A stretch of DNA of 64,000 nucleotides from an uncultured bacterium (GCA_963824495.1 CAWGPQ010000011.1:1-64000), one strand, 5' to 3'; positions 48,476 to 58,617 are shown, numbered from the stretch's first letter. Notes: generated from the letters alone by a model not told the origin. Made by a program: numbers and translations.

Positions 48476-49513
48476 GTGACTCGAGAATCAGAAATAGTTG
48501 CCAAGAAAAAGGCACTTGAGGTTACCTTTTCCCAAATCGATAAGCAATATGGTAAGGGATCCGTTATGCTGCTCGGACAGACAGCCGCACAGCACATTGA
48601 CGCAATTTCAACCGGATCACTTCTTATTGATCAAGCGATAGGTATAAAAGGTTTTCCTCGTGGACGTATTGTTGAGATTTATGGGCCTGAAGCATCAGGC
48701 AAAACTACTCTTGCTCTGCAAGCTATAGCGCAAGCTCAAAAGGCAGGAGGTATCTGTGCATTTATAGATGCTGAGCATGCCCTTGATCCACTCTATGCAA
48801 CAAAGCTTGGAATTAATATAAACGATCTTGTTATATCCCAGCCAGACTATGGCGAACAGGCACTCGATATCGCAGAAAAGCTTACCCGTTCAGGCGCGGT
48901 CGATATTATTGTTATTGACTCAGTTGCAGCGCTCGTGCCAAAAGCTGAACTCGATGGTGATATGGGTGATGTGCATGTTGGGCTTCAAGCACGCCTTATG
49001 TCACAAGCCTTGCGCAAGCTAACGCCTGTTGTTCACCAATCGAAAACCGTGTTACTGTTTATTAATCAAATACGTCATAATATTAACGCTATGGCATTTG
49101 CCTCAAAAGAAGTAACAACGGGAGGTCAAGCACTTAAATTTTATGCTTCGCTACGTATTGACGTGCGTAGAATTGAAAGCATTAAAGATAAAGATGGATC
49201 ACATAAAGGCAATAGGGTACGCGTTAAGATTGCCAAAAATAAGATGGCACCACCATTTAAATGCGTTGAGCTTGATCTCTTATTTGGTGAGGGAATCAGT
49301 AAAGAACTTGAAATGATCGATGCGGCATTAACCCATCGGATCATAACCCAGTCAGGCTCATGGTTCTCCTTTAATGGTGAAAAAATCGCACAGGGAAGAG
49401 AGCACGTATTTTCGGTCCTCAAGACTGATGCAGAACTTGCGCACAAAATTGAAACACAAGTGCATGCAGCGCTAGCTGCTGGTGCTAATATTGAAACATT
49501 AGCAGAAGAATAA
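48476..49513 (+). CDS. recA: Recombinase A
   Basis: [26 protein letters not shown] and [10 protein letters not shown]. Confidence 0.98.
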   Translation: MTRESEIVAKKKALEVTFSQIDKQYGKGSVMLLGQTAAQHIDAISTGSLLIDQAIGIKGFPRGRIVEIYGPEASGKTTLALQAIAQAQKAGGICAFIDAEHALDPLYATKLGININDLVISQPDYGEQALDIAEKLTRSGAVDIIVIDSVAALVPKAELDGDMGDVHVGLQARLMSQALRKLTPVVHQSKTVLLFINQIRHNINAMAFASKEVTTGGQALKFYASLRIDVRRIESIKDKDGSHKGNRVRVKIAKNKMAPPFKCVELDLLFGEGISKELEMIDAALTHRIITQSGSWFSFNGEKIAQGREHVFSVLKTDAELAHKIETQVHAALAAGANIETLAEE

Positions 49514-49533
49514 GGAGTAGATAAACGGTACCT

Positions 49534-50085
49534 ATGACGCTGAAAGCAAGAACCGACATAACGACACCCTTGATTAATGAAAAAATACGTTTTGATCGTA
49601 TGCAACTTATTTCCCATGAAGGAAAAAACGTTGGTATAGTATCGCGTGAAGAGGCACTACGCATGGCACGTCAAGCTAGTCTTGATCTTGTTATTATTGC
49701 AGAAAGTGGCAGCGAGGGATACCCTGTAGCTAAGGTTATGGATTTCGGTAAAGCTAGCTATGCCAAAAAAAAGCAGCAGACAGAGGCTAAGAAAAAACAG
49801 CAAGTAATTCAAATTAAAGAATTAAAAATCCGTCCTAAGATCGGTGAGCATGATTTTCAAACTAAAATGAACCAAGGCTTGCAGTTTCTTAACGAGGGTA
49901 AACGTCTTAAAATTACGCTTATGTTTCGGGGCCGTGAGATTTCAATGAAAGAAGAGCGTGGCACTGAGATTTTTAATAAAATACAGGGCATGTTCGATCA
50001 AGCGGGGCTCAGTAAATATCTTGTTCAAGAAAAAGATCTTAAAACACCGCAGCTATGGAGCCGTGTCTATTATCTTAAGAAGTAG
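49534..50085 (+). CDS. infC: Translation initiation factor IF-3
   Basis: INEKI, LDLV, KVMDFGK, KELKIRPKIGEHD and FRGRE. Confidence 0.96.
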   Translation: MTLKARTDITTPLINEKIRFDRMQLISHEGKNVGIVSREEALRMARQASLDLVIIAESGSEGYPVAKVMDFGKASYAKKKQQTEAKKKQQVIQIKELKIRPKIGEHDFQTKMNQGLQFLNEGKRLKITLMFRGREISMKEERGTEIFNKIQGMFDQAGLSKYLVQEKDLKTPQLWSRVYYLKK

Positions 50086-50093
50086 GATACCTC

Positions 50094-50288
50094 ATGCCTA
50101 AAGTAAAAACCCATTCTGGGGCTAAAAAAAGAATTAAAAAACTTAAAAGTGCTCTCTTTAAAGCAGCACACCCTTACCGCCGTAAGCACTTGACACAAAA
50201 ATCGGGGCATAAGAAACGTCATTTGCGTAAAGCTTTCTATATTAGCAAAGCAGATGCTCGGCATATTGCCCATTTGATGCCATATTAG
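50094..50288 (+). CDS. rpmI: 50S ribosomal protein L35
   Basis: MPKVKTHSGAKKR; lies between infC and rplT. Confidence 0.95.
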   Translation: MPKVKTHSGAKKRIKKLKSALFKAAHPYRRKHLTQKSGHKKRHLRKAFYISKADARHIAHLMPY

Positions 50289-50300
50289 AAGGATAGCGTT

Positions 50301-50648
50301 ATGACTCGAGTAAAACGTGGTATAGTTACCAAAAAGCGCCACAAGAGATTATTAAAGCAAACAAAGAGTTACTGGGGCCAGCGTAAAAATATCTTTAAAC
50401 GTGCTAAAGAAACCCTGGTGCGTGCTCTAGCATTTGCATATAGAGGGCGTAAGCTTAAAAAGCGTGACATGCGAGCACTGTTTATTATGCGGATTAAAGC
50501 AGCTGCTGAAGCTCATGACATGAAATATAATACGTTAATGCATGGGCTTAAAAAAGCAGATGTACAACTTAATCGTAAAATGCTGAGCCAATTGGCTATT
50601 TATGATCCAGAAGTATTTACGCAGATCGTTAAAATAACGCAACGGTAA
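50301..50648 (+). CDS. rplT: 50S ribosomal protein L20
   Basis: MTRVKRG...LNRKMLSQLAI. Confidence 0.96.
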   Translation: MTRVKRGIVTKKRHKRLLKQTKSYWGQRKNIFKRAKETLVRALAFAYRGRKLKKRDMRALFIMRIKAAAEAHDMKYNTLMHGLKKADVQLNRKMLSQLAIYDPEVFTQIVKITQR

Positions 50649-50762
50649 TCCCTTTTTTATAACGTCTTCTTGACAAGCGTTGGTTCTTATTATTACAATC
50701 AACCTCGTGTAGATGAAGTCAGCATGATAGCTATCATGCGTGTAGGAAAAAAGGAGATTTTC

Positions 50763-51101
50763 ATGCAAAAACTCAATATTCTTGAACAAAAGATAGCAGA
50801 TTTGATTGAGCGTATAAAAGAACTTCGAGCAGATGTTGCTCAAAAAGCCGCGGAAAACTCAGCACTTAAAGAGCAACTTGAAAAAAGGGTTGAAGAGCAA
50901 CTCAATCTCCAAGATCAAGTTGAAAAGCTGGAGAGCTCATTGCTTGTGCAGCATCAAAAACTAGAAAAGCTTGAGAACTCATTGCTTGCGCAGCATCAGA
51001 ATATCGAGACTCTCAGCCAAGAACGCGAGATGACCCTGGCAGCCCTCGATAATGTGATAGAGAGTATTAATTTTCTTGTCGAGCATGAGCCACAACAATG
51101 A
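50763..51101 (+). CDS. ZapB-like coiled-coil protein
   Basis: AAGGAG SD, ATG 50763, L..LE.KI..LI..I..LR pattern; overlaps the zapA start. Confidence 0.7.
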   Translation: MQKLNILEQKIADLIERIKELRADVAQKAAENSALKEQLEKRVEEQLNLQDQVEKLESSLLVQHQKLEKLENSLLAQHQNIETLSQEREMTLAALDNVIESINFLVEHEPQQ

Positions 51102-51358
51102 GCAACGAAGTTAAAAAATATAAAGTCTCTATTTTTGGGGAGACTTATACACTTGTAAGCGATGAGACAGATGAGCAGATTATAGCAGCTGCTCATGCTG
51201 TCGATATACTTATGAGAGAAATATCAGAGAAGTCCCATCTGGCTGACCCTAAGCGCATCTCAATACTTGCCGCGCTTCAATTGGCAAGTCAGTTGAAAAT
51301 GATTGAATCAGAGCATATGCGATTGAGTAGCCATATTGATCAGGTATTTTTGAGATAA
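51098..51358 (+). CDS. zapA: Cell division protein ZapA
   Basis: VSIFGETYTL, AA..VD..MREI and ILAALQLA. Confidence 0.88.
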   Translation: MSNEVKKYKVSIFGETYTLVSDETDEQIIAAAHAVDILMREISEKSHLADPKRISILAALQLASQLKMIESEHMRLSSHIDQVFLR

Positions 51359-51397
51359 TTATCGTGCTATCGTCCTGCTTTCTAAAGGATGATAGCA

Positions 51398-51553
51398 CCC
51401 CGTCTGAGCGCATTCTACGTGTGCTTAAAACACAAGCTATATCAAAAAATTCTATAGTTTGCTAAACTGTTATCATAAACTATTATCATGAATAGCTATA
51501 TATACCCGCTCTCTTGGGCATGAAGTGCCGAGAGCTTTTAATGCTTAGATAGG
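51398..51553 (+). ncRNA. ssrS: Probable 6S RNA (boundaries approximate)
   Basis: Lies between zapA and rny. Terminal pairing tctgagcgcatt/aatgcttaga, apical pairing agcta..attc.atagttt/aaactat..gaatagct, an ACCCGC motif and a 3' bubble hairpin gctctc..gagagc. Confidence 0.6.
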
Positions 51554-51563
51554 AAGAACCAAC

Positions 51564-53123
51564 ATGATTGTTTTATTTAGCGTACTAGGGGCGGCAGCCC
51601 TTACAGTAGGTAGTGTACTCATGACACTATTTACCCAAAGAAAATTTACAAGAGCACACTACCTCTTACTTGAAGCCCGGCAAACACGTGAAAATATTAA
51701 AAAAGAGATTGATGCAGAGCGCAGAGAAGCGCTTATCAAACTCAAAGATGAATTATACAAAAAACGTAATGAATTTGATCTTGACATAAAACGCGAGCGC
51801 CTTGAGCTTGAGCGATTTCAAACAAAGCTTAACGTTAAATATGATAGTATTGAAAAAAAAGAACAGCGCCTTGAAGAGCTCCAACGAGAACTTCAGCAAA
51901 AAGAGCGGTCGATCTCTCGTACTACAGATCAGCTGAGGCTGAATGAGCAGCGGCTTAAAGCTCTCTATGATGAGCTTATAGCAAAGCTCGAAAACGTTAC
52001 GAACATGACAAAAGATGAAGCACGACAAGCCCTTGTCGACACCCTTCAAGCTGAAGTTCGTCATACGCAAGAAAAATGGATACAGAAAGTTGAAGAAGAA
52101 GCACGACAAACTGCCAAAGAAAAATCTATCCAAATTATTGCCAATGCTATGCAGCGTTATTCAGCTGATCAAGTGTCGCCTCATTCCTCAGGTATTGTGC
52201 ATCTGCCTAATGATGAGATGAAAGGTCGGATTATCGGCAAAGAGGGACGTAATATCAAGGCCCTTGAGGGAAGAACAGGCATGGAGTTTGTTATCGGTGA
52301 TACTCCCGAAATAATCACCATTTCTGGTTTTAACCCTGTCAGACGTGAAGTTGCTCGTCGGGCTCTCGAAAAACTTATCGCTGATGGTCGTATTAATCCA
52401 ACACGTATTGAAGAAACGGTGGATCAATGCGAAAAAGAAATTGAAGAAATGATCGAAGAACATGGTAAACAGGCAATTCTTCAGTTTAATCTTCAAGGAG
52501 TAAAGCCTGAGCTTGTTTCTATGCTTGGTAGACTTTACTTTCGTACAAGCTTCTCGCAAAATGTTCTATCACATAGTATAGAGGTTGGAATTTTTGCTCG
52601 TATGCTTGCTGAAGAATTAGGGTTGCCTCATCCCGAAATTGCCCTACGCGGCGGCCTATTTCATGATATTGGTAAGGCACTATCCGCTGAACATGAAGGT
52701 CCTCATGCGCTTATCGGTGCTGATATAGCAAAACGTTGTGGTGAAGATCCACTTGTTGTTAATGCCATCGCAGCACATCATGAAGAGGTTCCCTTCAGCT
52801 CTATTTATAGCATCCTCGTCACTGTTGCTGACGGTATATCAGCTGCTCGCCCTGGAGCGCGACGAGAAACGCTTTCTACGTATATTAAGCGTCTTGAAAA
52901 GCTTGAAGAAATTGCCCAAGCATTTGAAGGTGTTAAAAAAGCCTTTGCTGTTCAAGCTGGCCGAGAAATTCGCGTTATTGTTGAAGAAGACGTTCTTGAT
53001 GATGATAGAACGCTGGCTCTTGCACGCGATATCGCCTATAAAATCGAACGGGAGATGTCCTTTCCTGGTCAAATTAAAGTGAATGTTATTCGAGAAAAGC
53101 GTGCTATCGAGTATGCTCGCTAA
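51564..53123 (+). CDS. rny: Ribonuclease Y
   Basis: N-terminal TM, coiled coil, KH domain (KGRIIGKEGRNI) and HD domain (HDIGK). Confidence 0.96.
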   Translation: MIVLFSVLGAAALTVGSVLMTLFTQRKFTRAHYLLLEARQTRENIKKEIDAERREALIKLKDELYKKRNEFDLDIKRERLELERFQTKLNVKYDSIEKKEQRLEELQRELQQKERSISRTTDQLRLNEQRLKALYDELIAKLENVTNMTKDEARQALVDTLQAEVRHTQEKWIQKVEEEARQTAKEKSIQIIANAMQRYSADQVSPHSSGIVHLPNDEMKGRIIGKEGRNIKALEGRTGMEFVIGDTPEIITISGFNPVRREVARRALEKLIADGRINPTRIEETVDQCEKEIEEMIEEHGKQAILQFNLQGVKPELVSMLGRLYFRTSFSQNVLSHSIEVGIFARMLAEELGLPHPEIALRGGLFHDIGKALSAEHEGPHALIGADIAKRCGEDPLVVNAIAAHHEEVPFSSIYSILVTVADGISAARPGARRETLSTYIKRLEKLEEIAQAFEGVKKAFAVQAGREIRVIVEEDVLDDDRTLALARDIAYKIEREMSFPGQIKVNVIREKRAIEYAR

Positions 53124-53154
53124 CGGTACTTCTAGCAGTACTCTGGATATTTAA

Positions 53155-53985
53155 ATGGATACTATTCGTGTTTTACTCTTGGGTGATATTGTTGGGATTC
53201 CCGGTCGGGCTATGCTTCAAAAGCATTTAGCCTCTCTTAAGCAGAAGCACGCTATCGATGCTGTTATTGTTAACGGTGAGAATAGTGCTGGAGATGGTCG
53301 AGGTATTACGCCCCGTATCATGAAGTTTTTTAAGCATAACGGTGTTAATATTGTCACAAGTGGCAATCATATTTGGCAAAAAAAAGATATCTATCCGTAT
53401 CTTTCTGAGCATCGCGACTTGCTGCGTCCTGCTAATTTTCCGAGTGCCTGTCCCGGGGTAGGGTTTACAACGTTTATGGTTCGTAATATCTCGATTGGCG
53501 TTATTAACTTACAGGGGCGTGTCTTTATGCGCGAGCTTGTTGCATGCCCTTTTAGAACTGCTGAAACAGCGATTACCCTTTTAAAGCCCAAGACTTCACT
53601 TATTCTTGTTGATATGCATGCTGAAACATCAGCTGAAAAAATGGGAGTTGCTTATTTTCTTGATGGCCAAGTAAGCGCCGTTGTTGGCACACACACGCAT
53701 GTTCAGACTGCCGATAACCATATATTGCCGAATGGTACAGCCTATGTTACCGATCTTGGTATGGCAGGAGCAGTAAACTCTCTTATTGGCATGAAGAAAG
53801 AGCCCTTAATTCAAAACATGCTTACGCAAATGCCAGTTAAGTTTGTTGTTGAAACACAAGGTCCCATGATGCTATCGGGGGTTTGGGTTGATATTGACGT
53901 TATAAGTGGCAAAGCTCGTGCCATCGAACGTATTCGTATTATTGATGATCAATTACGATTTGATAGTCACGATATGGGTGATTAA
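53155..53985 (+). CDS. ymdB: YmdB-family metallophosphoesterase
   Basis: GDIVG, NGEN, TSGNH, DMHAE, GTHTHV and TDLGM; follows rny. Confidence 0.93.
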   Translation: MDTIRVLLLGDIVGIPGRAMLQKHLASLKQKHAIDAVIVNGENSAGDGRGITPRIMKFFKHNGVNIVTSGNHIWQKKDIYPYLSEHRDLLRPANFPSACPGVGFTTFMVRNISIGVINLQGRVFMRELVACPFRTAETAITLLKPKTSLILVDMHAETSAEKMGVAYFLDGQVSAVVGTHTHVQTADNHILPNGTAYVTDLGMAGAVNSLIGMKKEPLIQNMLTQMPVKFVVETQGPMMLSGVWVDIDVISGKARAIERIRIIDDQLRFDSHDMGD

Positions 53986-54108
53986 TCTTTCAGTTTGCCC
54001 AATTGCTCTTTAGACTTTATGCTTGATATTGACAAATAAAGTTAAATTAAAGTAATCTAATAATCAAGACCAGATTTGATTAAGTATAATTTTAACTATG
54101 GACAAGAT

Positions 54109-55194
54109 GTGAACTATAAAAAACCATTGAGCATAATTTTTACTGCATTCTTTACGGTTGTTACCGTAGTCGGGCAACCAAGCAATAGGGAAAGACAAGA
54201 GGAATGGAGAAAGAATGAGGAAAAAATCTGGTATCAGTTAGGTATTACTAACCCTTTAAAGCAGCAGGAAAGCTTACTTGATCGTATCACTGTTGGCTTT
54301 GGTAGTCCTGAATATTGGTTCGGGACAGTTAGCGCATACAATTACTTGAGAGACCTGCGTGTCAACGATCCTACTACCCCTCCAGCTCCAGCAACATCAC
54401 TCGATACTATCGATACAGATTGGGTTAACAAAGTTAGTCGTGAAGTTAGATACAAGCTGGAAATAGCAAGATGGCAAGAGCAGAAGCAAGAAGATTGGCG
54501 TAAAGAAGGTATTACTACTTCTTTACAACAGCAGGAATATTTGCTTTCTTACATTAATTACGGCCTTAGTAAGCCTGAGGTTTTTTCAACTTACGCTACT
54601 AATGCCTACAATGACTTAAGGGAAATACTTAAAGGAGATCCTAATACTCCTAAAAAGCCAGCCACATCACTTGATACTATTGATAAAAATTGGGTTAATA
54701 AACTTAACTATGAGGTATGGAAAGAGCAAAAGCAAGAAAAATGGCGTAAAGAGGGTATCACTAACCCTTTAGAACAACAAGACGATTTACTATTTAAAAT
54801 AAATTATGGCTTAAAAAATCCTAAAGATACCTATTATTTTACTGAAGCTGTTTACGCATACAATTACTTGAGGGAGCTGCATAGCAACGACGCAACAGTG
54901 CCCCAAGCCGCTACATCGCTAAGTGATATTAATAAAACTTGGCTTGAATCTATTAAGTCGGGTTTGCGTGTGCAACCTACGGTAGAGCTCAAATTACCGA
55001 AAGCTCAGATCAGCCTAAGGCTTTACGCATTAGCACTTAAGAATGCATCACCAGCTGATATTCAAAAACATGATCAACTTAAAGCTCTTTATAACCAGCT
55101 CCCTACAACTACGGCCACACAGCAGAAGATAAAAAAGATGGCACGAGAGAAGTTTAAAGAAAAATTTAATGTTCATCCCAATCACCATAACTAG
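54109..55194 (+). CDS. Secreted protein with three ~75-80-aa tandem repeats
   Basis: Probable GTG start and signal peptide; unit QE.WRK.GIT.(P/S)L.QQ..LL..I..G...P...AYN.LR.....D......ATSL..I...W repeated three times. Confidence 0.8.
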   Translation: MNYKKPLSIIFTAFFTVVTVVGQPSNRERQEEWRKNEEKIWYQLGITNPLKQQESLLDRITVGFGSPEYWFGTVSAYNYLRDLRVNDPTTPPAPATSLDTIDTDWVNKVSREVRYKLEIARWQEQKQEDWRKEGITTSLQQQEYLLSYINYGLSKPEVFSTYATNAYNDLREILKGDPNTPKKPATSLDTIDKNWVNKLNYEVWKEQKQEKWRKEGITNPLEQQDDLLFKINYGLKNPKDTYYFTEAVYAYNYLRELHSNDATVPQAATSLSDINKTWLESIKSGLRVQPTVELKLPKAQISLRLYALALKNASPADIQKHDQLKALYNQLPTTTATQQKIKKMAREKFKEKFNVHPNHHN

Positions 55195-55195
55195 C

Positions 55196-55286
55196 GATGT
55201 TCTCGGGCGTCGGTTGATATTGGCATTATACGTGACAAAGCCCGTGCCATCGGGCGTATTCTTAGTCACGATATGGGTGATTGATC
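55196..55286 (+). repeat. Decayed direct-repeat copy of the ymdB 3' end (53868-53987)
   Basis: ggttgatattg.c.ttata.gtg.caaagc.cgtgccatcg..cgtattc and an exact tagtcacgatatgggtgatt block, with about 27 nt deleted between them. Confidence 0.9.
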
Positions 55287-55288
55287 CA

Positions 55289-56541
55289 TTATTCTGTCAA
55301 CAATGAGGCAAGCGCTGCATCCTGTCGAGAAATTGCTATTGTCAAGGCAGTATTATTATACCTAGCAGTATGGGTAACATCGGCTTTGTTTTCTATCAAA
55401 AACTTTGCCATAGCTTTATCGCCATTTTTAGCTGCCCATATGAGAGGCGTATAGCCATCACTATCGGCACAATTAACATCAGCCCCATGCGCCACCAAGA
55501 GTTTTGCTACATCTTCATTGCCACGTACAGCAGCCCACATAAGCGGAGTGTAGCCGCTATCGGTAGCTTGGTTGACGTTGGCACCAGACTCTACCAAAAG
55601 CTTTACCATAGCCTCATGACCACTTTCAGCTGCAAGCATAAGGGGATTGAGGCCATCTTGTCTAGCATAATCGAGAGCAGCTTTATACTTTATCAGAAGT
55701 CTTGCTACAGCTTTATGGCAATTTTTAGCCGCTGCCGCAAGAGGGTCATGCCATCATTATCTCTATAATTAACACGAGCGTGATGTTTAAGTAAAAAATC
55801 AACCATTTCGTCCTTTCCTTGGCTAGCAGCTTGTAATAAACTTTTATCAAGATTACGTACAAGATTGCCGCGAGCATCACGAACTGTCCATTCTGCTCCA
55901 TGCTCAAGCAGTAGTCCTATACTGTCTTCAGCACCGCGAGCTACAGCCCAGTCAAGTGCCGTCATATCAAAGCTATCTCGCTCATTGACAATAGAAGAAG
56001 GCACAGAATAATAGGCATCACTCTTTGAGGTTGAAAGAGCAGATTGTAATACCTGATAAACCTCTTTGCTGTCTCCAAATACTAATGCTAGAGAAAGCGG
56101 TGACATCACATGTTTTTCTGCAAATAACGTTTTTATTTCTACTATCTTCTCAGGAGATGGGGTTGCACCATGACGCAAAAGCAGTGCACATAAATCTGCA
56201 TGACCCTTTTCAGCTACTTTTACTGCCTCTGTAAAGGCAGTAGTGCCATAATTATTGCTAAGATTAACGTCAGCTCCATGTTCTATTAAAAACTTTGCCA
56301 TGAGTTCGTCGCCATTTCTAGCTGACTCTATAAGAGCAGTCCAGCCAAGAAAACCAACACAACCATTGACATCGGCACCTTGGCCAAGCAGAGATTCAGC
56401 TACCGGTAGATCCGTTCTGCCTACTGCTTTTAGGAACTCTGCATTAAGTTCAGGGTGTTCTACAGCATTAAGCAGTATCGTGTTACTTAGATATATCACG
56501 ATGCCTATACTCATCACGATACCGTCATATGCTCTCTTCAT
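55289..56541 (-). pseudogene. Secreted ankyrin-repeat gene split by a 1-nt frameshift (or sequencing indel)
   Basis: ORFs 55705-56541 and 55289-55639 join into one 417-aa frame if one G is added to the run at 55743-55745, restoring GMTPLAAAAKNCHKAVARLL. Confidence 0.8.
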
Positions 56542-56641
56542 TCTTGGCTCCTTTTAAGCTATAAAATCGTGAGTGGAATATACTATATGCAAATTATCTG
56601 TATTACAAGTGCCTTCTAATATAGCTTAAGTCAGCCATACT

Positions 56642-57592
56642 TTACAGTACTCGATAGTGTGACATCGCATGTAATGCTACATATGCTCCTAATGCATAAC
56701 TAAGAAACTTAGGCAGATCATTGGGTAGATCTTTACCAAAAATTTCATCAGTGAAAAGATATGCCATAAGATTAGAGCCAAATAGAGCCCCAGCATAAAA
56801 ACCCTTGGATGTATTAGATCTCAGAGAAGATAAAAGACTAAGCTTTACTGCGATAGTCATGCATAGCTGAACTGCAGCAGTACAACCAGTGGTTGTACTG
56901 AGGCCACGAGCAAACTGCCAAAGTCTTGTATACCGTATACTTGACTGCAGCTCTTTCTGTAAAGCAGCAGCATTACCAGCGCTATAGTTTTTTTGATGGG
57001 CTATTAGAAACGCTTCATATTCTTCAGCGAGCTTCTTAAAAACTTTTTGCGTTTCTGCACTACGTCCGGGATTACTCAGAAAGTATTCAAGTTTTAGTAG
57101 TGTTTCTAATCTACCCAACATCGCAGCATTAAATTCTTGAAGTCTTGTGGTTAAGAGTTCAACTTGTTGAGTTTCAAGTTCCCCTATAACTTTCTTTAAT
57201 CCCAAAATTTCATAAGTTGTGCTTACTTGATCTTCGTTAAATTGCTTTAAAAGTTCAAACGATTGCGATAGAGGATTCAAGCTTTTAGTAGATGAACTTT
57301 GTATCTCAGGCATACTTTCTGCTTTATGTATAACTTCATTAATAAGCACGCGTATTTTTTCGTTGTTTGAGTCGCGTGTAGCAATATGTTGTTCAAGTGT
57401 ACGAGCAATCTCGGTAATACCAGACCACCAGTCATGATCCAACTGCTTAAGTGCTTGGAGTGCCTCTACTAGTCCGGGAGAATTAAACAAATGGAGCTCT
57501 TTGTTCAAGCCGAGTATAACGGTAACGCTTTTGACGTTACTTACTGCTACTACATTACAGATTATAAGAAAGAGCATTAACATTCTTTTCAT
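56642..57592 (-). CDS. Signal-peptide coiled-coil protein with C-terminal hydrophobic segments
   Basis: Same layout as the adjacent gene; shares a QALK.L...W..G...I motif. Confidence 0.75.
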   Translation of the reverse strand: MKRMLMLFLIICNVVAVSNVKSVTVILGLNKELHLFNSPGLVEALQALKQLDHDWWSGITEIARTLEQHIATRDSNNEKIRVLINEVIHKAESMPEIQSSSTKSLNPLSQSFELLKQFNEDQVSTTYEILGLKKVIGELETQQVELLTTRLQEFNAAMLGRLETLLKLEYFLSNPGRSAETQKVFKKLAEEYEAFLIAHQKNYSAGNAAALQKELQSSIRYTRLWQFARGLSTTTGCTAAVQLCMTIAVKLSLLSSLRSNTSKGFYAGALFGSNLMAYLFTDEIFGKDLPNDLPKFLSYALGAYVALHAMSHYRVL

Positions 57593-58617
57593 GCGACAGA
57601 CCCCAATAGATTCTCAAAAAAGCGTAAATCCTCCAGGATTGCATCCATGTCACCCCTTGCCGCATGATGGGTCATTCTTGAGGTCAATACAAGATTGAAT
57701 GCTACCCCTCCCGCATACCCAAGGCTTGATGTAAGAGTAACTTTACCGGGAAGTACCTGAGATAAGCAATACCCTATAATGCTAGAACTGACTGTAGCGC
57801 CCAAATAAGAGCCCCAAAACCAATCAAAGTCTCTTTGTGACGCGAGGCCAAGTTTTATGCTGAACGCCATAATAATTGGTAATAATTGAGCCATTAATAC
57901 CGTAATACAGGCAACACAACCCTGTCTAAGAACTCGTTTGCTCTGAACTACCTGCTTAAAACTATTGCTTATTCGATCGGTATTACTTGTATAGATAGTC
58001 GATAAGAAAAGCTCAGATCTTTGGTCTAATGCTTTAAATATAGAGTCAACCTCTTTTAATCCTTCAAGTTCAGAAAGAGCGTTTCGTCTACAAAGTACGT
58101 CTTCCTTAAGTGCTTTATAAGCTTTAATGCTCTTTGAATAAGCTTGCTGTACTGTGTCATCTATTAAGCTGCTTAATACAAGAACCTTAGATAATTTGCT
58201 TACCAAAGATTGATGAGCGTCTTTGACGTCCTCAGGTGCTGATGTTAGCTTGCCTAAGGCAATTCTATTGAGTTTGCCATTATCTACGAGCAAAGGTCTT
58301 TCTCCATAATCTTCGTAGAGCTCAGCCTGCTTAGATCCAATCTCCTTAATTAAGCTTTCTGCTTCACTGATATTGATGGTAAGCGTTTCTGCCAAAAGGT
58401 CATCTTCAAGCTGCTGTTTAATGGCTGCAAGGCCATCGCACCATGTAGAGACCAGTTTTTTGAGCGCTTGCTTAAGCTCTGTTGCTGTTGCTTTTGGTGA
58501 ACTTGGTAAGATGAGCATCTCAATAAGGTTAATGTGCGTGGTGGTTATTGTAGAGGGGTCATCAGCTAAAAGTATATTACAGGTAGCAAGAATGACCCAA
58601 AAAATCCTTATCAGCAC
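57589..58617 (-). CDS. Signal-peptide coiled-coil protein with C-terminal hydrophobic segments (paralog)
   Basis: GTG start, ATGA overlap with the downstream paralog, and three C-terminal hydrophobic stretches. Confidence 0.75.
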   Translation of the reverse strand: MLIRIFWVILATCNILLADDPSTITTTHINLIEMLILPSSPKATATELKQALKKLVSTWCDGLAAIKQQLEDDLLAETLTINISEAESLIKEIGSKQAELYEDYGERPLLVDNGKLNRIALGKLTSAPEDVKDAHQSLVSKLSKVLVLSSLIDDTVQQAYSKSIKAYKALKEDVLCRRNALSELEGLKEVDSIFKALDQRSELFLSTIYTSNTDRISNSFKQVVQSKRVLRQGCVACITVLMAQLLPIIMAFSIKLGLASQRDFDWFWGSYLGATVSSSIIGYCLSQVLPGKVTLTSSLGYAGGVAFNLVLTSRMTHHAARGDMDAILEDLRFFENLLGSVA

